The notes under the pieces are model-generated. The model worked only from the letters and a program-made list of their open reading frames with translations, made no database searches and was not told the DNA's origin. A stretch of DNA of 64,000 nucleotides. Source: Octopus sinensis. Its lineage: Eukaryota. The position numbers were made by a program, and so were the translations under genes. The stretch's first letter is position 1; each line of letters begins with the position of its first letter. This document shows, one piece after another, positions 44,000 through 55,955 of the stretch. The stretch covers positions 103,850,001 through 103,914,000 of the forward strand of contig NC_043004.1 in assembly GCF_006345805.1 (NCBI RefSeq), given 5' to 3'.

Positions 44000-44337
44000 T
44001 ATATATAATTCTTTTTCGTAATGAGATAAAAAACCAAGGCTGTGTAGATTTATAGATAGAAGGTGTTACAGCTGTTTCCAGGATATTTATTATATCTCTT
44101 CATCGGAGACGGTGTGAGAGGATGGTTAAGAAATAGTTAATTTAGATAAGATATAAAATTGAGAGTGATCTTATCTAAATTAACTATTTCTTAACCATCT
44201 TCTCACACCGTCTCCGATGAAGGGATATAATAAATATCCTGGAAATAGCCGTTGAGACCTTCTATATATAAATGTTCTAAAATCTACACAGCCTTGGTTT
44301 TTTTATCTCATACGAAAAAAATATTATAATTTATATA
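44000..44337. mobile_element. Inverted-repeat element (about 150-170-bp arms), each arm with a hammerhead-like motif; Penelope-LTR-like
   Basis: Arms about 44000-44152 and 44168-44337. Motifs CCGATGA-A-stemII(G(G/A)GATAT/ATATCCT)-G-GAAA-...-GTA/GTT at 44063-44110 (-) and 44210-44258 (+). Confidence 0.7.
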
Positions 44338-45124
44338 ATATATATATATATATATATATAATATTAGGGAATATAACTCCAAACTTACGGGGAAAAATTC
44401 AACTTAGCATTAAATCAAATTTCACTATAAATATAATATATATATAAATTAGAGAAAAACCATTATTATGTAATTCAAACAATGATAGGCATAAACCATA
44501 TCACACAGAAAAAAACAAAATATATTATAAAACATATATCTAGATCACAAAAGTATTTAAAAAATGAATAAACATTATATAATAAGTAAAAAGATTACGC
44601 ACGTTTCGTGGCTATAAAGCCACGAAACGTACGTAGTCTTTTTACTTGTTATATAATCTTTATTAATTTTTAAAAATACTTTTTTGATATGTTTTATAAT
44701 ATATTTTATTTTTTCTATATATGGTTTATGTCTATCATTGTTTGAACTACATAATAATGGTTTTTCCCTAATTTATATATATATGTGTGTGTGTGTGTGT
44801 GTTTGTATATATATATATGCTGCAGGTAAGGTTGGTAGGAAGCTATCATATTCGGGTGGCGCGGTTACACGTGATTTCAGTGGGTGTGACGGTAGTTGTT
44901 ATTGTTGTTGTTCAATGCTGCACAATATTTATTTGTATTGATTTCGTCAGCGTCGTCACCGGCGTCGTCGCCGGCGCCGCCGCCCTCGTCGTTGTCATCG
45001 TCTTCCTCGTCGTCATTGTTGTCATACGATAATAGTATCGTCAGCAATATAAAACGACGACAGTTGAAGCAACACCGAACAATAATAAAAGCAACCTGAA
45101 CATACCGACGGTAAGAGGACATCA

Positions 45125-45785
45125 ATGACACCACCACCACCACCACCATCACCACCACCACCACCACTACCACCACCAATACCACCACCACCGCCGACAC
45201 CGCCGCCACCACCACCGCCGACACCGCCGCCACCACCACCACCACCACCACCGCCACCGCCGCCACTACCACCACCACTACCACCACCATCGCCGCCACC
45301 GCCGCCACCGCCGCCGCCACCACCACCACCACCACCACCGCCACCGCCACCACCACCACCGCCGCCACCACCACCACCACAACCCTCACCACCACCACCA
45401 CCACCCTCACCACCACCACCGCCGCCACCACCACCACCACCGCCGCCGCCACCACCACCCTCACCACCACCACCACCACCACGGCCGTGATATCACGAGG
45501 CCCCCGACGACAACTATTTCGACCATACCGAGCGCCCCCACTAGCATCACCTACATCATCGCCACCATCCCCATCACCACTACCGGTACCACCACCACCA
45601 CCACCACCACCACCGCCACCACGTGATGTCACGAGCCTTCCCCTCCCCCAACCCAACTTCTACAACTATGATATATATTCTACTATTACCGCCAAGGCGA
45701 CCACCACCAATATACTACACCGTGTGCGCCGCTCTCAACAGCAATACGCACAAACAACAACAATAACATTACCACCACAACCACC

Positions 45786-45834
<49 letters not shown>

Positions 45835-45860
45835 TACTACTACTACTACCACCGCCACTG
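45125..45860. repeat. (CCA)/(CCG)/(CTA) trinucleotide microsatellite cluster
   Basis: Direct reading; source of the poly-Pro and poly-Val ORFs. Confidence 0.9.
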
Positions 45861-45975
45861 CCCACAGCAGCAGTGGTTACCTTGAACAACAAAAACTAGA
45901 AATTATTTTTCTTTCACACGGGAAAAGACAGGAACCACCGATGTCTTGATGATGATGATGATGATGATAATAATA

Positions 45976-46038
<63 letters not shown>

Positions 46039-46833
46039 TCATTGTTGTGAACAACTGTGAAGTTCGATACGTTCACACACACACACTGACAAAGATATCG
46101 TTACTTGTTTAACCACTTACTTATCACGTTTTCGTTGCTCTTTCAGAATACATACATGCATACATACATACATACATAAAACCATACATACTACATTTAC
46201 ATAATACACAATACATACATACATACATACATACATACATACAACACAACATACATACATACTACATACATACCATACATACATACATACATAAATACAC
46301 AAACATACACACATACATACATACATACATACATACATACATACATGCATGCATACATACATACCATACATCTACATACATACATAATACATCTACATAC
46401 ATTACATAAACACACATACATAATACCTACATACATACATACATACATACATACATACACACATTACATACATACATACATACATACACACATACATACA
46501 TACATACATATATACATACATACATACATACACACATACATACATACACACATACATACATACATACATACACACATACATACATACATACATACATACA
46601 TACATACATACACATATATATCTATACGTATGTCTTTATATAGTGTGTGTGTGTGTATTTGTACGTATGTATTCCTAGATATATGTACGTGTATGTATGA
46701 CTATATATGTGTGTGTATATTGAGTGTATATATACATGTATATAAATGTATATACATGTGTGTATGCATATATATGTACATATTTCAGTAAATATTACTA
46801 CATATATATGTGTGTATATATATATATATTATA

Positions 46834-46864
<31 letters not shown>

Positions 46865-47950
46865 CAATATATATTTATATATATATATATATATAATATA
46901 TATATTATATATATGCATATGTGTACATATATGTTATATATAAGTATATATATTGCATACATATAGATATGTGTGTGTGTATATATGCATGTATATTACA
47001 TATATGTATCTATATATATGTAATATATATGTATATTATATATATATTATTATATATATGTATTATGATATGTATATATATATATATATGTCATATATAT
47101 TAGTTACCTATTTACAAGTTTAACCTCCTGCATATGTCATATACAAGTATATATATATATATATATATATCTATATATTATATATATATATACATAACAT
47201 ATATATATATATAAAACATGCATACATTTATATATATATAATATTATATATATATGATTGTGTATATATATATATATATATAGATATGTATGTATATATT
47301 GAATATAAAAATATACATATGAATATGCATATACATACATACACAATATAATATGTTAGTTACTTGTTCACAAGTTTAACTTCCTGCACACAACCATGCC
47401 TTCCCTATATATATATATACCTGTATATTTGTATATTCAAGCGAATTACTGTAGATCGCTTCTAATGTCGAGTGTTTTGCTCTTTTTTTTTTAGTCTTGT
47501 TTTTTTAACTAAAGAAGAACTGGTGTTAGGGACGCAGCCACAGCTTGAATTTCAAGTTTTTACTGGCTTCAAAATTGGAACAACATTTAAATATTCTTTT
47601 CTGCTCTAGGCTCAAGGCCCGAAGTTTTGGGGGAGGAGGCTAGTCGATTAGATCGATCCCCAGTACGCAACTGCTACTTATTTTATCGACCCTGAAAGGA
47701 CGAAAGGCACAGTCGACCTCGGCGGAATTTGAACTCAGAACCTAAAGACAGACAAACAACATTTAAATATTGTTAGTGCGGTTAATGTTTAATTTGAAGA
47801 GCAGCTAACGTTGCCGATGCTGTTGATGTGTCTTATGCAGGGACATCTTAAAACCTGAGTACACCACACTGGGTGCAACATACTTCTGAGTCCCAAAGTT
47901 AATCTATATTTACTGTGACTATGTGTGTGCGTGTGTAATATATATATATA

Positions 47951-48341
47951 TGTGGAGGCGCAATGGCCAAGTGGTTAGGGCAGCGGACTCGCGGTCATAG
48001 GATCGCGGTTTCGATTCCCAGACCGGGCGTTGTGAGTGTTATTGAGCGGAAACACCTAAAGCTCCACGAGGCTCCGGCAGGGGGATGGTGGTGATCCCAT
48101 GCTGTATTCTTTCACCACAACTTTCTCTCACATTCTTACTTCCTGTTTGTTGTACCTGTATTTCAAGGGGCCGGCCTTGTCATCTCTGTTGTTCACGCTG
48201 AATATCCCCGAGAACTACGTTAAGGGTGCACGTATCTGTGGAGGTGCTAAGCCACTTACACGTTAATTTCACGAGCTGGCTGTTCCGTTGATTCGGATCA
48301 ACCGGAACCCTCGTCGTCGTAACCGACGGAGTGCTTCCACA
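47951..48341 (+). mobile_element. Full-length tRNA-derived SINE, family E
   Basis: TGGCCAAGTGG A box, GTTTCGATTCC B box; 3' body CCCTCGTCGTCGTAACCGACGGAGTGCT shared with 55590-55955. Confidence 0.85.
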
Positions 48342-48822
48342 ATATATTTATATATATATATGAACGAACAGAGTCATCAACAATTGAAGAGGCTGCAAGA
48401 AGCAATGGACATTTTAGAAAAATAAATACGTAAATGAGTGGAAATCGAACCATGAGTGCGTTCATGAATAAGGCATTAAAACAGAATGACTCTCCCCAGA
48501 CACAATAATATATGCTTCAGCACACGAATTCACATAAAGAATCTTGCAGACCAAATACAAAAACGAAATATATATATACATATATATGTATATATAAGAA
48601 ATCAAAGCAAAAAAATTGAACAAGAACGTAACAGGCGACAACAAAATATTCGGACAATTAGACGATACACAGAAGGACAGCATAAAAACAAGGACGGGCC
48701 ATTCGGAGCTTTCAATGATCAGTCTAGAAGCAGACCGTCTTTGCAGTTTCGGCCAGTTACTCTCGAGACTGCTCTAATCTGGCCGTCCCCAAGAAACTCT
48801 ATATGTATTTATATATACATAT

Positions 48823-48853
<31 letters not shown>

Positions 48854-48957
48854 ATGTGTGTGTGTGTGCGTGTGTGTGTATGCATGAATACTTCGTTTAA
48901 TAAAAAATGGGTGTTTAATTGTAATTATGTCACAAGTAATATATTACATACATGCAA

Positions 48958-49005
<48 letters not shown>

Positions 49006-49089
49006 ATATATATATATATATACATATATATGCATTTACATATATATATATGTACATATATAATATGTATATATATATACATATATTAT

Positions 49090-49157
<68 letters not shown>

Positions 49158-49837
49158 AAAACTTACTTGGAGAATAAGAAACGGACGCGTGGCGTTCAAT
49201 CATTATATATATATATATAAAAGCAATAATAAATCTCTGAACGAGGTATAGACAGTAACTGCACGACAATGTGAAGTATATTTGCCATCTAAATATGGCT
49301 AACCACTAAGGGTGGATGTTACTGTATATATATATATAATCAAAATAAGCAACAAGGATATCCAGATGAAATACAGTAAGATCAAACTGAACAAACTGGA
49401 ATCATTACATCAATTTAAATGTAGAGCAATCCTCAGCTGCATAAAGACATAGAATTAAATTAAGCTAAAACGGATGGACACATTAGTATAATTTTACCAA
49501 AAACCTCCAAGAAGGTAAGGAGATAGACAAAGAACACGCTGTCTTCACTTCAGCTTACTTAAATCCATTTGCTCGATTCCAATATGGCCACTGTCCAATG
49601 ACTGAAACAAGTAAAAGATTTTAAAAAAAAGCTGGGTAGTCGACAAGAGCGGTCATAATGGTCAACTGATGTAATGATTGCATTGTTCAATTAAATAGAG
49701 TTGCTTGAAACGATTGTACTGCATTACCTCTGAATATCCTTGTTGCTTATTTCGATTTTAATCACCTAATTTTGAAATTGTATGGATAATACCGTACTAA
49801 ATTACGGTGCCTCAACTTAAGTACCTTATTCATATTG

Positions 49838-49883
<46 letters not shown>

Positions 49884-50253
49884 TTAGTAGACTTAGCGGT
49901 TGGAATAACCGTCTAAGGGATAAGAATATCCGTTTTACTACTGGTATATATTACCTATGTCGACCCTGGGCATACATATGCAAGCATAATATACTCAGAG
50001 GATAAAAGCTATAACAAAAATAAACAAGAGCTTATCAGGAATCAAATTTGAATTAAGCAAAAATGGAGAAAGCTTGATCAACAATTGATTACCATCGATT
50101 ATTATTTTTTAATATAAAACTTTATTCTATCTAACAGCCGTTTCTGCTTTATACACACACACGCACACACACATATATATATATGACCTCGTGTGTACCG
50201 TTGGCAATTTTTTTCCCTCTGTCTTCCTTTCTCTGGATCTTTCCTTCTCCTAT

Positions 50254-50288
50254 GTTTCCGACGAAGAGCTCCGCTCGAAACGTTAAAC
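50254..50288 (+). ncRNA. Minimal type-I hammerhead ribozyme motif with a U4C core variant (family H3)
   Basis: GTTT-CCGACGA-A-GAGC(TCC)GCTC-GAAAC-GTT^AAAC; stem I GTTT/AAAC; palindromic ACGT stem III. Confidence 0.55.
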
Positions 50289-51020
50289 CCTCCTTCTTTC
50301 CTTCTTTCCTGAGCGTCCAATAATACTTTATTTGTTCCACGTCTTCGCGTTGTTATGGTTTTTTTTTTGTGCTTTCTTGTTTGGATTAACTTTATATATA
50401 TATAAAGAGAGCGAGAGAGAGAGAGAGAGAGAGAGAGAGTGAGAGAGAGATGTGTGTATAACTGTATGCGTGTGTATGTCTCTGTGTGTGTGTGAGTGTG
50501 TGTGTGTGTTTGTTTATCTACCTATTGCTTGACGACCGGAGTGGTTTATTTCCGTTCTCATAAGCTAGCAGTTTGGCAAAAAGAACCCGACAGAGTAAGT
50601 GCTTAGGTCCGATTCTCATACGACAAAACCCTTCAAGACACTGCCCCAGCACGGCCGCAGTCCAATGACCGGAAGAAGTAAAAGCTCTGTGAGCGCGCGC
50701 GCGCGCGCGTGTGTCTGTGTGCGCGCGCGTATGTGTTTGAGTGTTTATTTATAGAAGTATAGAACATTGTAGATGATATGACGTTTGGAGGGAAACCTCC
50801 CTTTGTTACGTCATACTTATAGAAAAATATTTTACTTTTATACTAACAAATACAAGTTTTGCCTACGCAAATCCCTCACAATTATTATCCTTGGGAAACT
50901 CACAGAAATAACACAATGACTCACCAGCTATAACCTTATATGTATCTAATACACATACATACGTATGTATGTCTATAGACAGACAGACATAGACACAGAC
51001 AGACAGACAGACAGACAGAC

Positions 51021-51087
<67 letters not shown>

Positions 51088-51093
51088 TAGACA

Positions 51094-51184
<91 letters not shown>

Positions 51185-51592
51185 CAGACAGAAAGGTAGA
51201 CAGACAGTTAGATAAATAGATATGTGTGCGTGCTTGTCTGTGAACATTTAAAAATACTTAAATCGACTCCAGTATGGCCACAGTCCAATGACTGAAATAA
51301 GTAAAAGATAAAAAGAAAAGCTGTGTAGTCGATAAGAGAGGTCATAACTATGAGTTGAATATGCGTGGATATCTCGACCGAGCTGCAGTGATGTTCATCG
51401 GTTTCTGAGAATTTGACAATGCAATCACAAGTTTTATTTGCTTTAAATTTTGGCACAAGGCCTGAAATTTTGGTGGGGGGAATAAGTCGATTACATCGAC
51501 CCAAATACATGACTGATACTTATTTTAATCGAACCTGAAAGTAATACATTATTTACATTCGACGGATATTTGTCCTCATCTTGTTTGTTGTT

Positions 51593-51638
51593 AACACAAC
51601 GTTTCGGCTGATATACCCACCAGCCTTCTTCAGGTGTC
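51593..51638 (-). ncRNA. Minimal type-I hammerhead ribozyme
   Basis: GACAC-CTGAAGA-A-GGCTG(10 nt)CAGCC-GAAAC-GTT^GTGTT; stem I GACAC/GTGTT is fully paired (one G-U); core is canonical. Confidence 0.75.
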
Positions 51639-51832
51639 TTGAGGAAACTTCGAACCTGGGTTCTCATTCCTAAGGTATTTTTTTCGATGTTATTATTATT
51701 ATTATTATTGTTATTTTCAGGTCACTGCTTGGAATCGAACTCGGGGTTAGTAGCCCGCGCTCTTAACCACTACGCCATATGCCCACGGGAATATGGCGTA
51801 GTGGTTCGAACCCAGGTTCGAAATTTCTCCAA

Positions 51833-51878
51833 GATTCCTGAAGAAGGCTGTAGGGTATATCAGCCGAAACGTTGTGTT
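51833..51878 (+). ncRNA. Second hammerhead copy; stem I partly disrupted
   Basis: GATTC-CTGAAGA-A-GGCTG(10 nt)CAGCC-GAAAC-GTT^GTGTT. Confidence 0.6.
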
Positions 51879-52100
51879 AACAACAAACAAGATGAGAATA
51901 AATATCCGTCGTATGTAAATAAAGTACATAATTCCTGATCTCTTAAATATAGAACTGTATTATCTGAAAGTAAAAATAGGCAAAGTTGATTTTAGAGGGA
52001 TTTGAACTCCGAACGTAGAGACGTCGCTGAGTATTTTGCCCGGCATGCTTACGATTCTGCCAGCTCAACGACTTAGTGTTATTAGGGTTATTAAATGTTA

Positions 52101-52630
52101 ATTTCAAATTCCACCGAGGTCGACTTTGCCTTATATCCTTTCGGGATCGATAAATGAAGTACCAGTGAAACAATGGGGTCGATGTAATCGGCAATCTCCC
52201 CTCCTCCGAATTTCAGGCCTCGTGCCTATAGTAGAAAGGATTATTGGATATTGATTTAAGGCAGCGTGCTGGCAGAATCGTTAGCACACCGAGCGAAAAT
52301 TCTTAGCAGCATTTCATCCATCTTTACGTTCTGAGTTCAAATGCCGCCGAGGTCGATTTTGCCTTTCATCCTTACGGGGTCGATAAATAAAGTGCCAGTT
52401 GAGTACTGAGGTCGATGTAATCAACTATCTCCTCCCCAAAATTTCAGGCCTTGTGCCTAAAGTAGAAAGGATCATTAAATGGTGATTTCAAATTCCGCCG
52501 AGGTCGACTCTGCCTTACATTCTTTCGGGGTCGATAAATGAAGTACCAGTGAAACACTAGGGTTGATGTAATTGACTAGTACCCTACCCGCAAAGTTCGG
52601 GCCTTGTGCTTCTTAGAAGAAAGGATTATT
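52101..52630 (+). mobile_element. Tandem trimer of family A SINE variants
   Basis: Units 52101-52245, 52258-52476 and 52486-52630, each ending (GT)AGAA(...)AGGAT(T/C)ATT. Confidence 0.85.
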
Positions 52631-52804
52631 AAATATTAACGTGAGTAGCAGTGATAATATAAAGCCTACAATGTTTTAAGTAGAGTTTTTGTCTTTTATT
52701 GGTATTTCAGCCGTTGGACTGCGGCCATGCTGGGGCATCGCCTTGAACGGTTTTAGTCAAAGAAACTAACCTGAATACTGAAAACTTTTTCTTTTTCTTC
52801 TTTC

Positions 52805-52977
52805 AGTGGCTGTGTGGTAAGTAGCTTGCTTACGAACCACATGGTTCCGGGTTCAGTCCCACTGCGTGGCACCTTGGGCAAGTGTCTTCTTCTATTGCCT
52901 CGGGCCGACCAAAACCTTGTGATTTGGTAGACGGAAACTGAAAAGAGCCTGTCGTATATGTGCATATATATATTATC

Positions 52978-53009
<32 letters not shown>

Positions 53010-53340
53010 CTATATATATATATATATTAATATATATATGTATGTATGTATGTATATGTATATATATATGTATGTATGTATGTATATATATATAAATATA
53101 TATATGTATGTGTGCGTGTATGTGTTTGTGGGTCTGTTTTTGTCCCACCAACATCGCTTGACAAACGATGCTGGTGTGTTACGTCCCCTAACTTAGCGGT
53201 TTGGCAAAAGAGACCGATAGAATAAGTACTAGGCTTCCAAAGAATATGTCCTGGGGTTGATTTGCCCGACTAAAGGTGGTGCTCCAGCATGGCCACAGTC
53301 AAATGAGTGAAACAAGCAAAAGAGCAAAGAATAAAGAGTA
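52805..53340 (+). mobile_element. Composite family B SINE with internal microsatellite
   Basis: Head 52805-52955, (TA)/(TATG)n, tail 53120-53340. Confidence 0.85.
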
Positions 53341-53499
53341 AGTCTGGTACATATATCGGTGCCTTTGACGAACCGCTTGGTTGCCGGCACGTAAACAAAC
53401 TAACACTACTTGGCAAGTAATGTGGTGGTGGGGGGAGTGATACACAACAGATACAAAGACGCACGCATGCACACGCTCACACACGCACACATATTAATT

Positions 53500-53893
53500 T
53501 ACCTTTTATTTGTTTCTGTCATTGGACTGTGGCCATGCAGGGGCACCGCCTTGTAGGGTTTAGTCAAACAAATGACCCCAGTACTAATTTTTTTAAAGTC
53601 TGGTACTTATTTCATAGGTCTTCTTTTACTGAACCGCTAAGTTACGAGGACGTAAACAAAGCAATACCGGTTGTCAAACGGTGATGGAGGACAAATACAA
53701 ACACAAAGACACACGCACACATACATATATATACGACGAGCTTCTTTCAGTTTCCGTCAACTCACAAGGCTTTTGTTGGGCTGGTGATAAATAGTAAAAA
53801 AAAAAGGCACTTGCTGATAGTGCCACGCAGTAGAACTGAACCCGAAACTAGATGGCTGCAAAGCGAGCGTCATACCTATACAGCCATGCCTAT
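53500..53893 (-). mobile_element. Composite family B SINE, diverged
   Basis: Same layout, more substitutions. Confidence 0.75.
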
Positions 53894-55059
53894 GCCTTTG
53901 TGGGAGTTAGCAAATTTGTGAGGACCTGAAGGGTTTTGAGCTTTTAGATTTCTCTGTTATATTTTGATGTCTGCCGGAAGGAGAAGGGTTAAAATCCTAA
54001 TCCAAGTGGAAGCTGCGCATTCTTCATTTTAGGTTCCGGCATTTGTGTGTGGTGTGTGTGTTGTGTGTGTGCCGTTTTTCTGGTGGACGAATCTCGAGAA
54101 AGTTAGGAGAAGGCGTTTCTTTGGTGTTGCATTGTGGGTATGTTATTTGAGTATATCAATATAAATTGTTGTTGTGATTGAGTTTGCGATGTGACTTTTA
54201 TAGCTATCGGTGATGATGATGATGATGATGATGATGACGACGACGACCACGCTGATGATGATGAGGATGATGATGATGATGATGAGGAGGAGGAGGAGGA
54301 AGCAAATTACTCTGCATAATATTCATGTTACTGCTGGTCTTGTGGTCCAAATATTTACCTGTTTTCTGCGTTACAAATATTTACCTGTTTTCTGTTTTCT
54401 TTGGTTTATTTCTTTATATTTAGTAATTCATTTATTTATTTAAAATTTTTCTTCTTTAGATCTTTGAAGCGGGTTTTTTTTTTTATCTCGGTTGTTGGGT
54501 GTGATTTTGGTGTATTGTGTTTGTGGTTGATTTTGGTTTTTATGAGTTTTGGCTATTTCTGGAATATAATTGGGGTTGTATTTTTATGTTGCCCCGTGGG
54601 ATATCATTTCATTTAATGTGTTTATAATTGTTCTATTGAATGCTGTATACAGCAGTGTCTATATCGATTATTGTAATGTTGCTGAATTCTGAAAAACCTT
54701 AATTCTGCTTTTTGATATAACTCGTTCATTGTACTTTTATTTTATTGTTTTTTTTTTCGAAGTTTGTAAAAACGTTTTTACTTTCTTCATTAATGTGTTG
54801 TGATGATAATTAATACATTATACAAGGGAGGTCGGCGAGTGCTTGCTAGGGAGGTGTGGAAGCTTGATCTGTGGCATAAAAGGCGATTGATGAGGAAGAG
54901 TTGTCGAACTTAGTTTGGTGAGGTTTGTGTGTTTTGGTGTGATGTGTTTAGGACGCAAAGGAAGTTTGCTTCTTTTCCTAACTGTACTATTTGAAAACTA
55001 AAACGTGTTGAGTACATAAAAAGCTCTTCCATTTGTATTTATTTAAGAGCATTAAAGCT

Positions 55060-55570
55060 TGCATTGCTAACGCAGGGTTAGCCCAATCAAAGATTGATAC
55101 TGTTAGGGGATCAAACCTAAACGGAGAGCTTAAGATTAGCTTCTTTCGAGCAACAGCAGAAACTCATGCTCCTATACGGCTGCATTCCATGGTCTATATC
55201 TAAGACACTGGAGAGAAATAGAGATATACACAAGACTTCTGAGAGCACCATTTAATATCAAATGACAGTCCCATGCAGCAAATTAGTTTCTCTAAGGTAA
55301 TCTTCCAAAAGTTACCTTCACCATAAAGGAAAGAAGACCGAGATCTTGAGGACACTGCTTTTATAGCAAGGACAAAGTAGTGAGTCAATTATGTAGGAAT
55401 CAACGCACGGAAAGCGACCTTGGGGTCGTCCTGCTAAGACATTTGTTGACCAACTGGGAGAAGACTCTGGTTCACTGAGGAACAACCGATTCAGAGCAAT
55501 GCAGAAGAGGGAATTCTGGAGACAAGATGCCGATGGTACTCGTCTGTAGACGACGCGGTAACGCGGTAAA
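55060..55570 (+). mobile_element. RTE-X-like LINE 3' fragment
   Basis: KISFFRATAE..LLYG..W, GHCF, GKRPWGRPAKTFVDQLGEDSG, with frameshifts. Confidence 0.75.
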
Positions 55571-55589
55571 ATGGAAGTGTTAAATACTT

Positions 55590-55955
55590 GTAGTTGGATG
55601 AGTAACCTGCTGGGGCGTTGGGTGTCTGAAGGAGCACTCCGTCGGTTACGACGACGAGGGTCCCAGCTGATACAATCACCGGAACAGCTTGCTCTTGAAA
55701 TTAACGTGCAAGTGACTGGGCAATCCACAGACACGTGTACCCCTAACGTAGTTCTCAGGGAGATTCAGCGTGAAACAGAATGTGACAAGGCCGGCCCTTT
55801 GAAATATAGGTACAACTCATTTTTGCTAGCTGAGTGGACTGGAGCAACGTGAAATAAAGTGTCTTGCTCAAGGACACAACGCGTCCCGGGAATTGAACTC
55901 ACGACCTTACAATCGTGAACCGAATGCCCTAACCACTAAGCCACGTGCCTTCACT
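55590..55955 (-). mobile_element. tRNA-derived SINE with a family D-like head and family E 3' body
   Basis: TGGCTTAGTGG / GAGTTCAATTCC boxes; 3' body shared with 47951-48341. Confidence 0.85.

Larger units (their letters stand above)
51543..51930. mobile_element. Head-to-head inverted pair of a tRNA-headed, hammerhead-bearing short element
   Basis: Complete unit on the minus strand, 51784 to 51543: A box 51767-51777, B box 51731-51740, (AAT)n, body, HHR. The partial + copy (51791-51806 joined to 51808-51925) lacks the equivalent of 51664-51764. Confidence 0.8.

Noticed and set aside
44877-45885. Poly-Pro (formin/extensin-like) and TM-like poly-Val ORFs, plus a possible exon at 44951-45110
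   Set aside because: Explained by trinucleotide repeats. The candidate exon has stops in all three frames, and the proline runs switch frame.
47951-48030. tRNA-like heads here and at about 36391, 51784 and 55955 as tRNA genes
   Set aside because: No closed acceptor stem, and they run into multi-copy repeat bodies, so they are SINE heads.
48730-48800. Hammerhead-like GGCCAG...CTGGCC-GAAAC on the minus strand
   Set aside because: The core reads TTGGGGA (two changes from CUGAnGA) and no NUH site is correctly placed; at best a dead relic.
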